Below, one piece after another: positions 37,701 to 49,700 of a stretch of 64,000 bases of DNA. Made by a program: the position numbers and the translations under genes. The stretch is taken from assembly GCA_002633005.1 (NCBI GenBank), contig NMRA01000464.1, positions 248,001-312,000 of the forward strand, given 5' to 3'. Every line of letters starts with the position of its first letter. Positions within the stretch are counted from its first letter, which is position 1. The notes below the pieces were generated by a model. That model was not told the origin of the DNA. It made no database searches and saw only the letters and a list, made by a program, of their open reading frames with translations. This DNA comes from Phoronis australis (taxonomy: Eukaryota; Animalia; Phoronida).

Positions 37701-40700
37701 CACCGATCTTCAATTTGATTGCGGGTATCCTTTGACTTGAGCATTATAGTCAATTGCTAGTGGTAACCTACTTTAGCAGACAATATTTTGCCGGTCGAAG
37801 CTTAGCGTGATAAAATGTGTAGTAAGCTATAATACTTGCTAAACCTTAATTTATGGATTCAATTTATTTCTATTTTGTTTAAATTTTCAATTGGTTTTGA
37901 GTATAACCTTTATTTGACAAAAATAACTCGGCTTTTCTTAAAAGGTCACGACCTCCGACCCCGGACATAGAAAGTAGTTACAAAGCCGAGGCGAGTTGAG
38001 AAAGGTAGATCGATTCATTGCAATGTTTCTCGTTCAGTATCTGGTATAAATAGATTATTACATGTTCTCAGTTGTTATCCCCCTTATCTAGAGCCCTCGT
38101 AGATTTTGGAGAATTATCACCCTCAGGGCTAATGCCCCTCGGGCGATAATTTTCCCAAATCCACTCGGGCTCTAGATAACGAGGGATAACGACTTCGCCA
38201 TGTAATAATCTATATTTAACTTGTTTATGTCGTGACTTAGATTTAAAGTTTTATTTCATTGATGTTAGCAATTGAAGATACTGTTATAAAAAGTTGAATC
38301 TTTAAAATTCTTTTCATACCAGTGAAGTCTGCCTTTGATTGACAGCTCTTTGCAATGTTTCTTGTTGCAATAAGCTCTCCTTTGCACAAGTCCATGTGTT
38401 CTGGCGCAGTGTCAGCTAACGATTGACAGAAACAGGTGACTCTACGTACAGCTTATTCTTTTATTCGAGTGCCGTCGGTACATAGACAAACCCGTAAACT
38501 GAAATAAACAAAACCCCAAGTCACTACTACGAAATATAATACAAGCACAGGCAGTGGCAATACATACAAAAACCGTTATTTACATCAACGAAGAAAGTAT
38601 ACAAGTAATGAAATGGCAACATCAGATAAACTGAATCTTTTATATGAAAATACTAGATACAAAAACAAACATAATTCATACGCAATTCTACCTTGAGACC
38701 ATGACGCAAACTATATCAAGTCATGTTAATCAATTACAATAATATGAGCTAGAAACAGACTGGTTTGTGAATTGCAATCTCAAGGTCACAGCGAACAACG
38801 CCCGAACCCCCGAAATGAACCACAAAGGGCGAAATACAGCAAAGTAAATAAAGCGAAAAATGCTGAAACTTCAGACACGAGAGAATGCACTGCACAAACC
38901 AGAAATATAACAATAAGCAAAAAGACCAATTCTTACATCGTGAAAACCCTACAATCTCAACGACGAAACCAATGACATGCCTACACTGCACACAGATAAG
39001 AAGTATGAAATACGAATGAATGGAACTGGCGGGTAAAACGCTTTTAAATGTCAGTACCACGTGACAAGTTCACGATCTGGGGGTTCTTGAAAATGAGTAC
39101 AACAGGAAACAATACTAAATATACACAGGCAATAAGAATGATTGCGTCTGCAGTAACACCATAGCTTACACGAAAAATTTAGCACGGTAATGTCACGACA
39201 TATTCCGCTTTTGTGCGACGAGTTAGCAAAAGTGACAACTTAAAAGCTCTGATCAATTAAACGAGGTCACTTGTATGTAGATGAGCTACATTTGAAATCT
39301 CCAATTGTTTGAGAGAAGTCGTTTTTCGGGCGTGGAAAATCTGGGTCTCTATCTCTACAATATTTTTGTTTGTCAATTTTTAACATGATGTAACTGTCTG
39401 AATGACGTGAAAGTTTTCGCTGAATTGTTTATTATTGGTAGCTGTGCCCTTGTTTAGAAACAGGTGAGAATGTTTGTTTGTTAAGAAATGTTATTTCAAG
39501 GTTTTTAGGTTGTGAAAATGCTCTAGTATACACAAAATGTGCATGGTGTGACAACTTTCAGTGTCCTAAACTGTTCGTACCCATCCTAAATTACGTTTTT
39601 TAACCTTTTTGTCCTGCCTTATTTAGATGAACCATATGCTTATAAAATTTCATTTTAGGGGGGCACTTATTCAAAAAGTTCTGCGAAAGGAGTGAAATCA
39701 GAAGCTAGGATTCATCAAATTTATGCTCTGTGACGTATCTGTAATCTATGACAGACTTTCTACACTGCTATCAAACTTAGTTGTTAAATTATGATTATTT
39801 TACCAGAAAATTGTGCTGGAATCCCAGGGCGAAAACTCCCCATTTTGTCACTGCCTCGCGATTTTTGATATGGCAACTTGAATAAAAATACTGTTTCGAC
39901 TCAACAAATCCTCTCTTTAAGTGGGATACATTCCTCGCGAGATCAGCAAAATTGTTCCGTTCTTTTGAAACGCAGTGGAAGTTTGTAGTGTGTAGTCACA
40001 GCTAAATACCAATGTAGTGAGGCTGGTGGTCTAGAAATTCTATGCACAATGATTTTTTTCAGGACTACCAGATCTTGTTGATAAATTGAAAATGTTACTG
40101 CAGAGTTTTAGGAGTGTAGGGTAAGTCATTTTTTGTATGTACACGTTCATGGGCTGGGTGAAGACTGAAAATGCGTGGGTGGGGCGCTTATAGGAGCATG
40201 GCACTGATTAGGGCGAATATGGTAATATACAATTGACTATTTTTCTCTTCTAGCGAGAGTATATTTGGTTTCAAAGATCTGCGGGTGGACTTGTTTTACA
40301 GCGCCTGTCGCTTAACAACTTACTTAGGAATATCCTACACGGACAAAATAGTTCCCGAGAAGTTTGATGGATTGGAGGTATGCTTTTTTTTAACCCTTGT
40401 GACACTGTTCCTGTTGCAGGTTTAGGATGGTTGTCTGATAAGATCACTTAAAATACTAACCGCACTTTCATCAACAACACTTGGACATAAAAAGTGTCGG
40501 TAGTTTACAATTTTATAGATTTCAGACATTATTTAACTTGGATTAAAGTGAAGTTTTCAAATTTCTAAAATGTGCTGGAGTTTTGCCAGTACTTCTTTGC
40601 AAGAAGCTAAGAATGTGTCTGTTGGTAATGGTCAACTCTAACACGCGTTCTTCAATAGTGGATAATTTGAAATACTTTAATACCATTGATTGGATCTGTG

Positions 40701-43700
40701 TTTTTCGTCTTGTTGTCTTTAGTCAGAATCATTACTTTATTCACATATCAAAACATTCTCCCTGATTAGTCTAATATGGCTTCTAGTTACACACAATCAG
40801 CTGAGTCAATCATGGGCAAATGAGGAGAGAAATCTTGTTTATTACCCACATGTCAACAGCATTACAACACCGTGTAGGAACATAGTTTTAAAAGTCTAAA
40901 TGATTTATCAATGGTATGATCTGGTTTCACTTATCAGTGTTATAGTGATTGTTTACATTCACTATGATCGCACAGTAATATTGATTTAAAGTTATCCAGT
41001 AATGTGGGCTATCTGGCTTACGAACACCCTGCTCCACCATATTCATTAATCAAAGGCTTAGTAAAAAATCTATCAAATGCTTGGAATAAGTTATCAGAAG
41101 CTGTGCTCGTCATGTTTCGACTCGCTTGATTTAAACATTGGTATCTCAGTTCTCCTCATGTGTTATTTTACTCTTCTGCAGCCTGATGATATTGAAAAGA
41201 AGATCGCTGAATTCATTTCTCCAGGCTACCTGTCAAGCAAAGATGAGTTCGCTGCCATGTTGTCAAAAGACATTCAGTTCAAGCCTTTTGGGGAATGTCT
41301 ACACTCATATACTGTTCATAGAGGTACTTATACATTAGTCAAAAGGAGGTCAATTGTGAGTTCAAAGGTAGGCCAATCACTCAGGTAAAAGTGGTCCTTA
41401 TACAACTACAGGAAGGATGTGCTGCAAATGTCCCTAAATTTTTAAAATATTTTCTGTATTTGAACATGGATAAACTTTGATTTTGTGCTACACGTGAGGA
41501 AATGAAATTTCTCTTGTCTGCCGTATTGTCTCCTTGATTGGTTTGTTACCATTCTTGTTTGATGAAGAGTATTTCCACTCAATTTACTATAAAACAAGAC
41601 ATGAAGTAACCAGTGATATATTTTAACCTGTGGGCACAGCATGCATCTAAGATCATAAGCTCTTGGTAATTGATGGCCTGTTTAATAATGCATTTGGACC
41701 GAGTTCCACGAAACAATTTGTTGCACAAAAAACGAGGTCGCACAGATCTTTGGAAGATGATGCCATAAAAAGTTTGCTCTTACTTCTTCATTGAAATAAG
41801 AAATTATGGAGACGTTGTGAATTGGTCAATAATTAGAGTCCTTGCTTACAAGTTTCATTTTATATTTTTTCAGGTAGCCAATGCAGACATTTTCAAATTT
41901 ACAGAACGGACATAGAGACTCCCGGTTTCCGAGAGTATCACACACGGTTGCAGCCATTTTTGCTGTGGTTTGTGGATGCCGCATCCTTCATCGACGTTGA
42001 CGATGACCGGTGGATGTATTATTTGGTGTTAGTCAGTTGTGATATTGTTGATAAACAGTTATGTTATTGGTTCCAACACTCATCAATTGTTTTCACATTC
42101 TGAGCTGTAAGACTCAGTTATTCTCTCAATTGTTCTCTGAGTCAAAGACCAGTAGCACAAGTATTTGGCAACGGAGTAAAAACTGCATCATTTTGAAAAG
42201 ACTGAGCATTTGATTGTGATGAGATATTGAATGTTTTTATATGTTGTTTTATACTGTTGTGGGGCATGCACACCTCATACATGCGCCATATTTCTTGCTT
42301 TATCATATAAACATATAACTAAACCTTGTCTTGCTGTGTGCTCCAATGTGACTACTATGTGGCTGAATAACTATTTTTGGTTTTTGTAGTTAAGGAAGTT
42401 CCCATTTAATTCCATTTAGCAACCGTTCACATTTCAGATTTGAAAAATACAACAACAAAGATGGCAATAGTATGTTTGCCTCTGTTGGCTTTATGACCGT
42501 GTATAACTACTATGCCTATCCTGACAAGTTTCGTCCCAGAATAAGGTATGTACACAAACACTGTCAGTGGTTAGGTCACACTGATCTGAACACGAGCGCT
42601 GTTTTGGAGTAGTAGACTAAGGAATTTACTGAACAGAACTTATCTATAAATGTTTTCAAATGGCGCATGTCAATTCTTCAGTTAATGATGTCGTGAAATC
42701 TTGCCTCCGTGGTTTTCCCTGTACTTGACTGTGTGTCATAATTCATCTGTGAAATAGGCTGTAGGTAATCTTCCCTATAGGCTTCTCTCATTGTTGTGAA
42801 TGACAGCTCTTTCTCAAAACGTTGTTGAATAGTAATGATTGGAGAAGAAGTTAAAACTAGTAGTTAAAGTTATTTCTTGGAGCTACCTGTGTGAAAAATG
42901 TAAAAATTATGTGTCTACCATGTTATGTTCATTTGCATTGTTTTTTTTTGAGTGTTCAATCTTTTATCTTCATCAACGTGTTATGAATTGTTCAGCCAGT
43001 TCCTGATCCTGCCTCCATTCCAAAGACAAGGTCATGGCTCTCAAATGCTCCAGACATTTTACAACGACTGCCATAAGCGCACGGACATTTTGGACATCAC
43101 AGGTAGGTTGGACATCACAGATAGATTGGACATTGCTAGAAAGCCTTCGTGTGCCGTGAGAAACTTAAAACCTATCTGTACCTTGCAAAACTGCATTTAC
43201 ATACAGTCTCATACAGATATTTATACTTCATACATCTTGATATGGCTATGCAATAACCTTGTCACATGGCCATGCAGTAACCCAAAACTTTAAGTTTGTG
43301 GCATTGTTGAGAAGTTACCTGGCAGTTCAGTAGCCCAGCTCCAGTTCCATCTACAGGCATCAAATCAATTGCTTTGGCTCCAGCATGAGGTGCTGGTCAA
43401 TTTTATACAACTTATCACCAAATTAACCAAGCTTAAGAGTAATGTGAGCATCAAATGTCATTATAAAAGGTAATGTATTCCATGACATTTCCATTAAATG
43501 TGGGTACTTCTGTAGCTGGCTTTGTGGCCCCAGCGGATGCGTAGCCTGACACTGCAAGCGGGTATCGGAAGTAGGATCCTCCTCCCATTGGGCAGGGTTT
43601 GGGAGCCTTTAATTTTTAAAAAGTAAGATGTAATTTGGTGCAGTCTGGTTCATTCTAAAAGCTTCGTTCTCATAGATAGGACCTCAACCTGAGCATTGAG

Positions 43701-46700
43701 TATGGTATGAAGTGGTATTATCTGAGTAAAGGGTATTTTACACGACACGTTGACAATGAAGTGTCGTTGTGAGATCTCAGTGTGTGAAGAGTTTGGTGTC
43801 TTTTTAACAATCATATTATAATCACCAATTAAAGTGCATTAGGAAGCGGACACGCCAGGACAGGGCTTCAGGCTACTAGAGAAAATTGAATACTTCGGCG
43901 CTACGCATATACATAAGATAAAAAATGTTTGAACCTGTCAAGACCTATTAACTAAGCTCTATAATGAAACTTCAATATATTAAAAAGTTAATTATGTTAT
44001 TGCTCAATGACAGTAGGATTGAGGTTAGTCGTCATAGCTGACAGTTCATTCATTTAGTCCGTGCATACGAGGACTGAGATGACTAGGCTTGTTTCCATCA
44101 TCTGTTTGGTATTAGGATATGGTTCACTAAACCATCAACTATTTTTGCAACATAATTCACTTTGCTGTGTCACCTCTTTTGAAAACATGAACACAGTAAA
44201 ATGAATAAAAGTCACCGTTTCTTCTCCCATGTCATCAGTGCCCCCTGGCACTTCGCCATTTTAGAAAACTAGTGTCAAGGTCCTTGACTGGTCCACGACT
44301 GTATTCCATTGCTGTGTGATTTTGGATAACCAGGCTGTGGCAAATGTTGGTCATCAAGTGAACGAGGTGAAGGAAAGGGGATTGAATGATTATATCTAAT
44401 GAGGGAAAAAATTTGAAATCCGATTTTTAATTATTTTTCTTTACTGTTCGATCCACAAGCATCAACACTGGCATGTAACTTGTGTATTGTGCTTTGATTT
44501 GTACCAACAATTTTTGTACAGTGGTGATTCAGAAGTTTAGGTATGTGGCTACCGTTGCCACTGGTGGGGTGGGCCAATCAGATTTTTATGCACCCACATA
44601 TTTATATGTGGGCGCATATTGCCTTCATCTCTGTCTGGGCATCCGGCATCCGCTGCTGAGTCTCCTAAACCCCTTGCAGGATCGTATTGAAATTTGACAG
44701 GTGTATTCCTATGGGGTCTACGACAGAGGGCGACTAGTTTTGGACCGACCCGAATACCGCTGTTTCCCCTAGTGGCAATTTTAGTTTTTTACATTTGCCT
44801 CTGTATCTTCAAAGGTCTTCAACTGATTTTCATGAAATTTGGTACATAGGCATCTATTAATGAGTTGACGCTATCCTCCTGTTTTCGGATTGCTTCAATG
44901 GATTTTGCACCATCTAGTGGCCATTTTTACTATTTTCAAGTCGTTTTTTTTTTGGCGTCCGCCCCCTCTAACAACCAAACCACTCTAAGGATGATTGTAA
45001 AAATTGGCATGTATGGAGAAGACAGTTGACGATGATTTTTTGATGACTGACTACTGTGGTGCCACCTAGTGGCAGTTTCGTTTGTTTTTGCGCCCATGGC
45101 TGTATCTCCAAAACGGATTTTTATTAAATTTAGCATATATATTTATATAAAGTTGACAAAAGACGACGACGTCTTTCGGACAGATCCGTCTATTGGTGTG
45201 CCACGTAGTGGCAATTTTAGTTTTTTACGTTTATGGCTGTATCTTCAAAGGTACTCAACGGATTTCCACAAAATTTGACTCATAGACATCCATTAGTGAG
45301 GTTACCCTAGCCATTCATCTTCGGATTGATTCAAGGTTTTTTGCGCCACCTAGTGGCCATTTTTGTTGTTTTTGAGTCTGTTTTGTGGCGTTCGTCTCTC
45401 TGTCAACCAAACAACTCTAAGGATGATTGTGAAAGTTGGCATGTATGTACTTTCTATGAAGGGGACGGTTGCCGATGATTTCTGATTACTGTGGTGCCTC
45501 GTAGTGGGGGTTTTGTTTTTTTGCACCCTTACCTGTATCTCCTAAGCCCTCTGCAGTATCTTTATTAAATTTAGCACATGAATTTATATGAAGTTAATAA
45601 GAGAAGATGACGACTTTTGGACGGATCCGATGAACACTGTGCCCCCTAGTGGCAATTTCGTTTACCGGTATTTTGTTTTCCTCTGTTTGTCTGAAGTTCG
45701 TCGGTAAATTTTAATCAAAGTTCTTGGTAAATGACTTTCTTTTAAAGAAATGATGACATTTTTTTTTTGGTTTTCAGACCGATTCAACGTATTTTGCACC
45801 ATCTAGTGGCCATTTTACAAATAAACAACCCTTAAAGCATACCATTTGCGATGCATTCATGGGTGCATTTCAACGCCCCGCGTTGCTCTTGTTACATTCA
45901 GGGGAAACACTGGCATAACATTGTGGGCATCAGCTCACACGGTAAACTTTTGTGACTGGATGATAAAGTGTCTCTGCTGCTGGAGTCCAGCTGTAGTCAC
46001 TCAGTTATATGCCTTGGTAACAAGGATTCATTGTTGGCCAAGTTACACGAGGCTGAGTTATAGATAAATTGTACATACCCCTCTAGCTGAAGCATTAAGC
46101 AGCTTAACTATGTGTGTTGTAGTCTGTTTAATGACAGGGCTAACAGTAACTGGCACTCATGAATGCATTTCAACACTCCACATTGCTCTTGTTTTACGAT
46201 TGCTTCTGTATCTTTTAAGTTCCTTGATGAATTTGCTTGAAATGTGGCGAATAATTTTCTGTTAGAAATAGGACTTTCAATTTTTGGACGGGTTCAATGT
46301 ATTCAACACCACCTAGTGCCCATTTTATGATACTAAAACAACCCTAGAAGCATACTTTTAGCGGTGCATTTTAACTCTTAGAGTTGCTCTTTACTTGGCG
46401 GAATTCTGGGAATTACGCCAAGTATGTTGGTCTGACATCGTTTTTTTGTTTGTTCGCTCTCTACAGGTCTCAATTTTCGTCCGATCCACACGAAATTTGC
46501 ACATGACGTGTAGATCAGAAATTCCTGGAAGCCTATTGTTTTTGGTCATGATCGGATTCAAAATGGCGGATGTGGCGGCCATTTTGTTTCCGGTTTCAGA
46601 TTCAAATGCTCATAGAGGCCGCATTTTTTGATATACAAAGCTGAAACTTGGTACGATTATTATAGCACACAAGCATTACAACTGCGCCGCAAATCTTTAA

Positions 46701-49700
46701 CTTCCAGTCAAAGGTGGCGGAAATATCAGCAATGGCCCATGCGCACCTCGATAACTGGCCGAAAACGTTTTCTCCTGCAGAGGACGCATTGGCGAACCAA
46801 TCACTTTCAAACTGGTCACATGTTTTTTGCTATTGATCAGCTTTTATAAAATTTTGTTTAATCAGAAGTCACTTTCAAGATGGAGGCTCTGGCGCATTTT
46901 TACCCATTTTCAATCGTTCTGCGGTCGCTTTTTTAACGGGAAGAGCAAATGACATGAATTTTTGCATGTGGATTCCTTGAAGTATACTCTTTCAAAAATT
47001 CTGTAATAACGTTTTTCTCAGACTTGCCGTTTCCGAGTTATTTGACTTTGAATTTCAAAAAAACGCAAAATTTCAATTTTTCGAAAAATTCATGAAATGT
47101 TGCAAAACTGCCAGGTTACATAGAGTTTTGAACAGGCTTTCAGAAGATATTTTCAATTTGTTGCTGGGACGTCTACTTTTTGAATTATTTGAGAGTTTCT
47201 GAAACGCTGTTCCTTAATTTGTTGACCGATTTTGCTGTTCGCCAAGTGTCGCTCAAGACTGTAGCCTATTTACTGATATATCACATCTTCTCTAGTCACA
47301 TGAGTGTTATAGTGTTGCTCATAATCACCACCTTCATCATCACAATCATCGTCATTAATTTCGCCTAGTCTCGCTCAAGATTATATAGGTAGCACTCAAC
47401 AGTCAGGTCGCGGCCACGGGGCATTTTGTAGTGCCTACAATTCATATACAGGGCGTATGTCAGGTTTGGGTCGTTGTTAGAGGAATTAGTTGAAAACAGA
47501 TGCCAGGAAACTGATTTACGTGTGTTTTTGAATGAGAAAAGCCAAGTTTTTACCTACTTTTGATGTAAACCGGCTGTCATTTGCTATCAACCTCTGTCGT
47601 CTGCTGTCCGAGAAACCGGGTGCGTGAACAAGAAAGACTGCAGCCTATTTCTTACTGCTTTCTTCGCTACTCACATGAATGTTATCGTGTTGTTCATAAT
47701 TGCCGCCTTCATCATCATGATCGTCATCGTCCTCCCCATCGTCGTCTTTTCGATTAATTTCGCCAAGTGTCGCTCCTCTGAGCTCTCTCGCGCTGTTGTC
47801 ACTTTACCGGGTATTGAACAAGACTGCAGCCCGCTATTTCTGACTGATTTCTTTGCTAGTCACAAGAATGTTATCGTGTTGTTCATAATTGCCACCTTCG
47901 TCATCATGATCGTCGTCGTCCTCCCCATCGTCGTCTTTTTTTATTAATTTCGCCAAGTGTCGCTCCGCATTGAAAATAACACGAAATTTTGGTATTCGGA
48001 ATATACACAGGATTCTGAAAGGTGCTCCCAATCCCCACATCTCACTGGTTTTCACTGGCCCCTCACACTTGAGTTACGTTTAGTCTCTGTTTTCTAGTGG
48101 AAGACCCATCAGATGAGTTCCAACGGATGCGCGACATTGTTGATGTGAAAAACTGCTCCACATTAACCCACTTCCAGCCAACATATCTGCGTAAAGGATT
48201 CTCTGAGAAAATGGTTACGGAGGCACGCGACAAATTGTTCATGAATCGGGTGAGTCCTGCCTCCTTGAGGGAGCATTGAACAACCTTGTGATACTTTCAT
48301 TCAGCTGGAGCCTGTATCAGATGCGAACAATGACTACTGCATGTTAAAATTTTCCTAGCAATTTCACTGTAAATGGGGTTTATGAATACCACAGTCATTT
48401 AGTGTGTTCAATTTTAATTCTTGAACAAAAAGTTTTGAAGAAAGCAGTGTTGATGACGCCTTTGAAAATAATCATTGAACAGTCAGAAGAGCTGTAGAAT
48501 GTAAGTATCTGCACAGGTTATGTGCATTTGTGACACGTTTCATGTGTCCCAAGTTTCTGTAAGATATAGCCTTGAATTAAAAACAGTGTGCGTGTTCCTT
48601 TGTAAATAACAGATTTCAGTGAATACATTGCTTTTCATTTTTGGGGGAAATCCAAGACTTGTCACAGGTAGTGGAATATAGAAATGTTGCGTACAGGTGT
48701 CCATGAAATCTTTGGTATTTTTATGTTAGTTAAGCCTTTTCTAACCAAGTTCTCATGCCAATAAAATCAACTTTCTCCATAGCGAATCATGTTCTTATCC
48801 TTTGCTTGAATTGAAATTGGTTATTAATAGTGAGTTTGCCACCTAGAATTTCACTGATGGCCATACCTTCTGGGCAACTGAAACTAAGTCGCTGTGACAA
48901 ACTGACAAACTGCTTAATGGGCATAGTCTAAAGCAATGACAACCTTGTGGTCGCGAAAAACATTAACCCCACATGAAGGAGTGTGAGCATGAGTTATGGT
49001 AAACTTTATTTCTTCTTTGGTTGCTCGGTTCAAACCAATTAGCGGCATAAATCTCAACGACAAAAAGTGTAACTAAGCTCATCTGTATAAACGCTGATCA
49101 GCATAACAATTAACCAAATTGGCATGTTACATCAATAAACACAATCAGTCAGTCTCACATATTCAAGATACTATTGAAGAATATCGTCGTGTGGGAAAAG
49201 AGACATGGAAGAAGCCACATCACCAACACAAAACCATCTTCTATCCACGAAGAAATTAGAAAGGAATACATCGACGGTTTAATATTGAGATCTCGTGCTC
49301 AGTGGATAGAAAATGGTGAAAAACCAACAAGATATTTTAGTAATTTAAAAAAATGTAATTTTGTTAATAAAAATGTCTCAAGTTTAATAGGTGACAATGG
49401 TACATTGATCTGTAGTCCAAAGGGTATTCTGGAAGAAATAAAAAAATTTTACTCCAATCTTCATGCCTCAAAGGATGACCACTTTTCCCAATATGATTTA
49501 GATGCAATTTTAGAAAACACTGATTCACCAAAACTGTAAGATAGTATAAGAGATTCATTGGAAGGAAATATTACTTATGATGAAATTCTATTTGTTCTCA
49601 AAAAGATGAAAAATAATAAGACCCCAGGTCCCGATGGTTTTACAGCGGAATTCTAAAGATTTTTCTGGTCTGATTTGGGAGATGATTTAGTTGCAGCTTT

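Noticed and set aside
36641-38526. Real tandem duplication or LTR pair
   Set aside because: The junction is exactly a single N and there are no TG..CA ends or TSD; an assembly overlap is more likely.
47624-47947. Hydrophobic 107-aa ORF resembling a membrane protein
   Set aside because: It arises from duplicated (ATC/GTC)-rich low-complexity blocks within a repeat.
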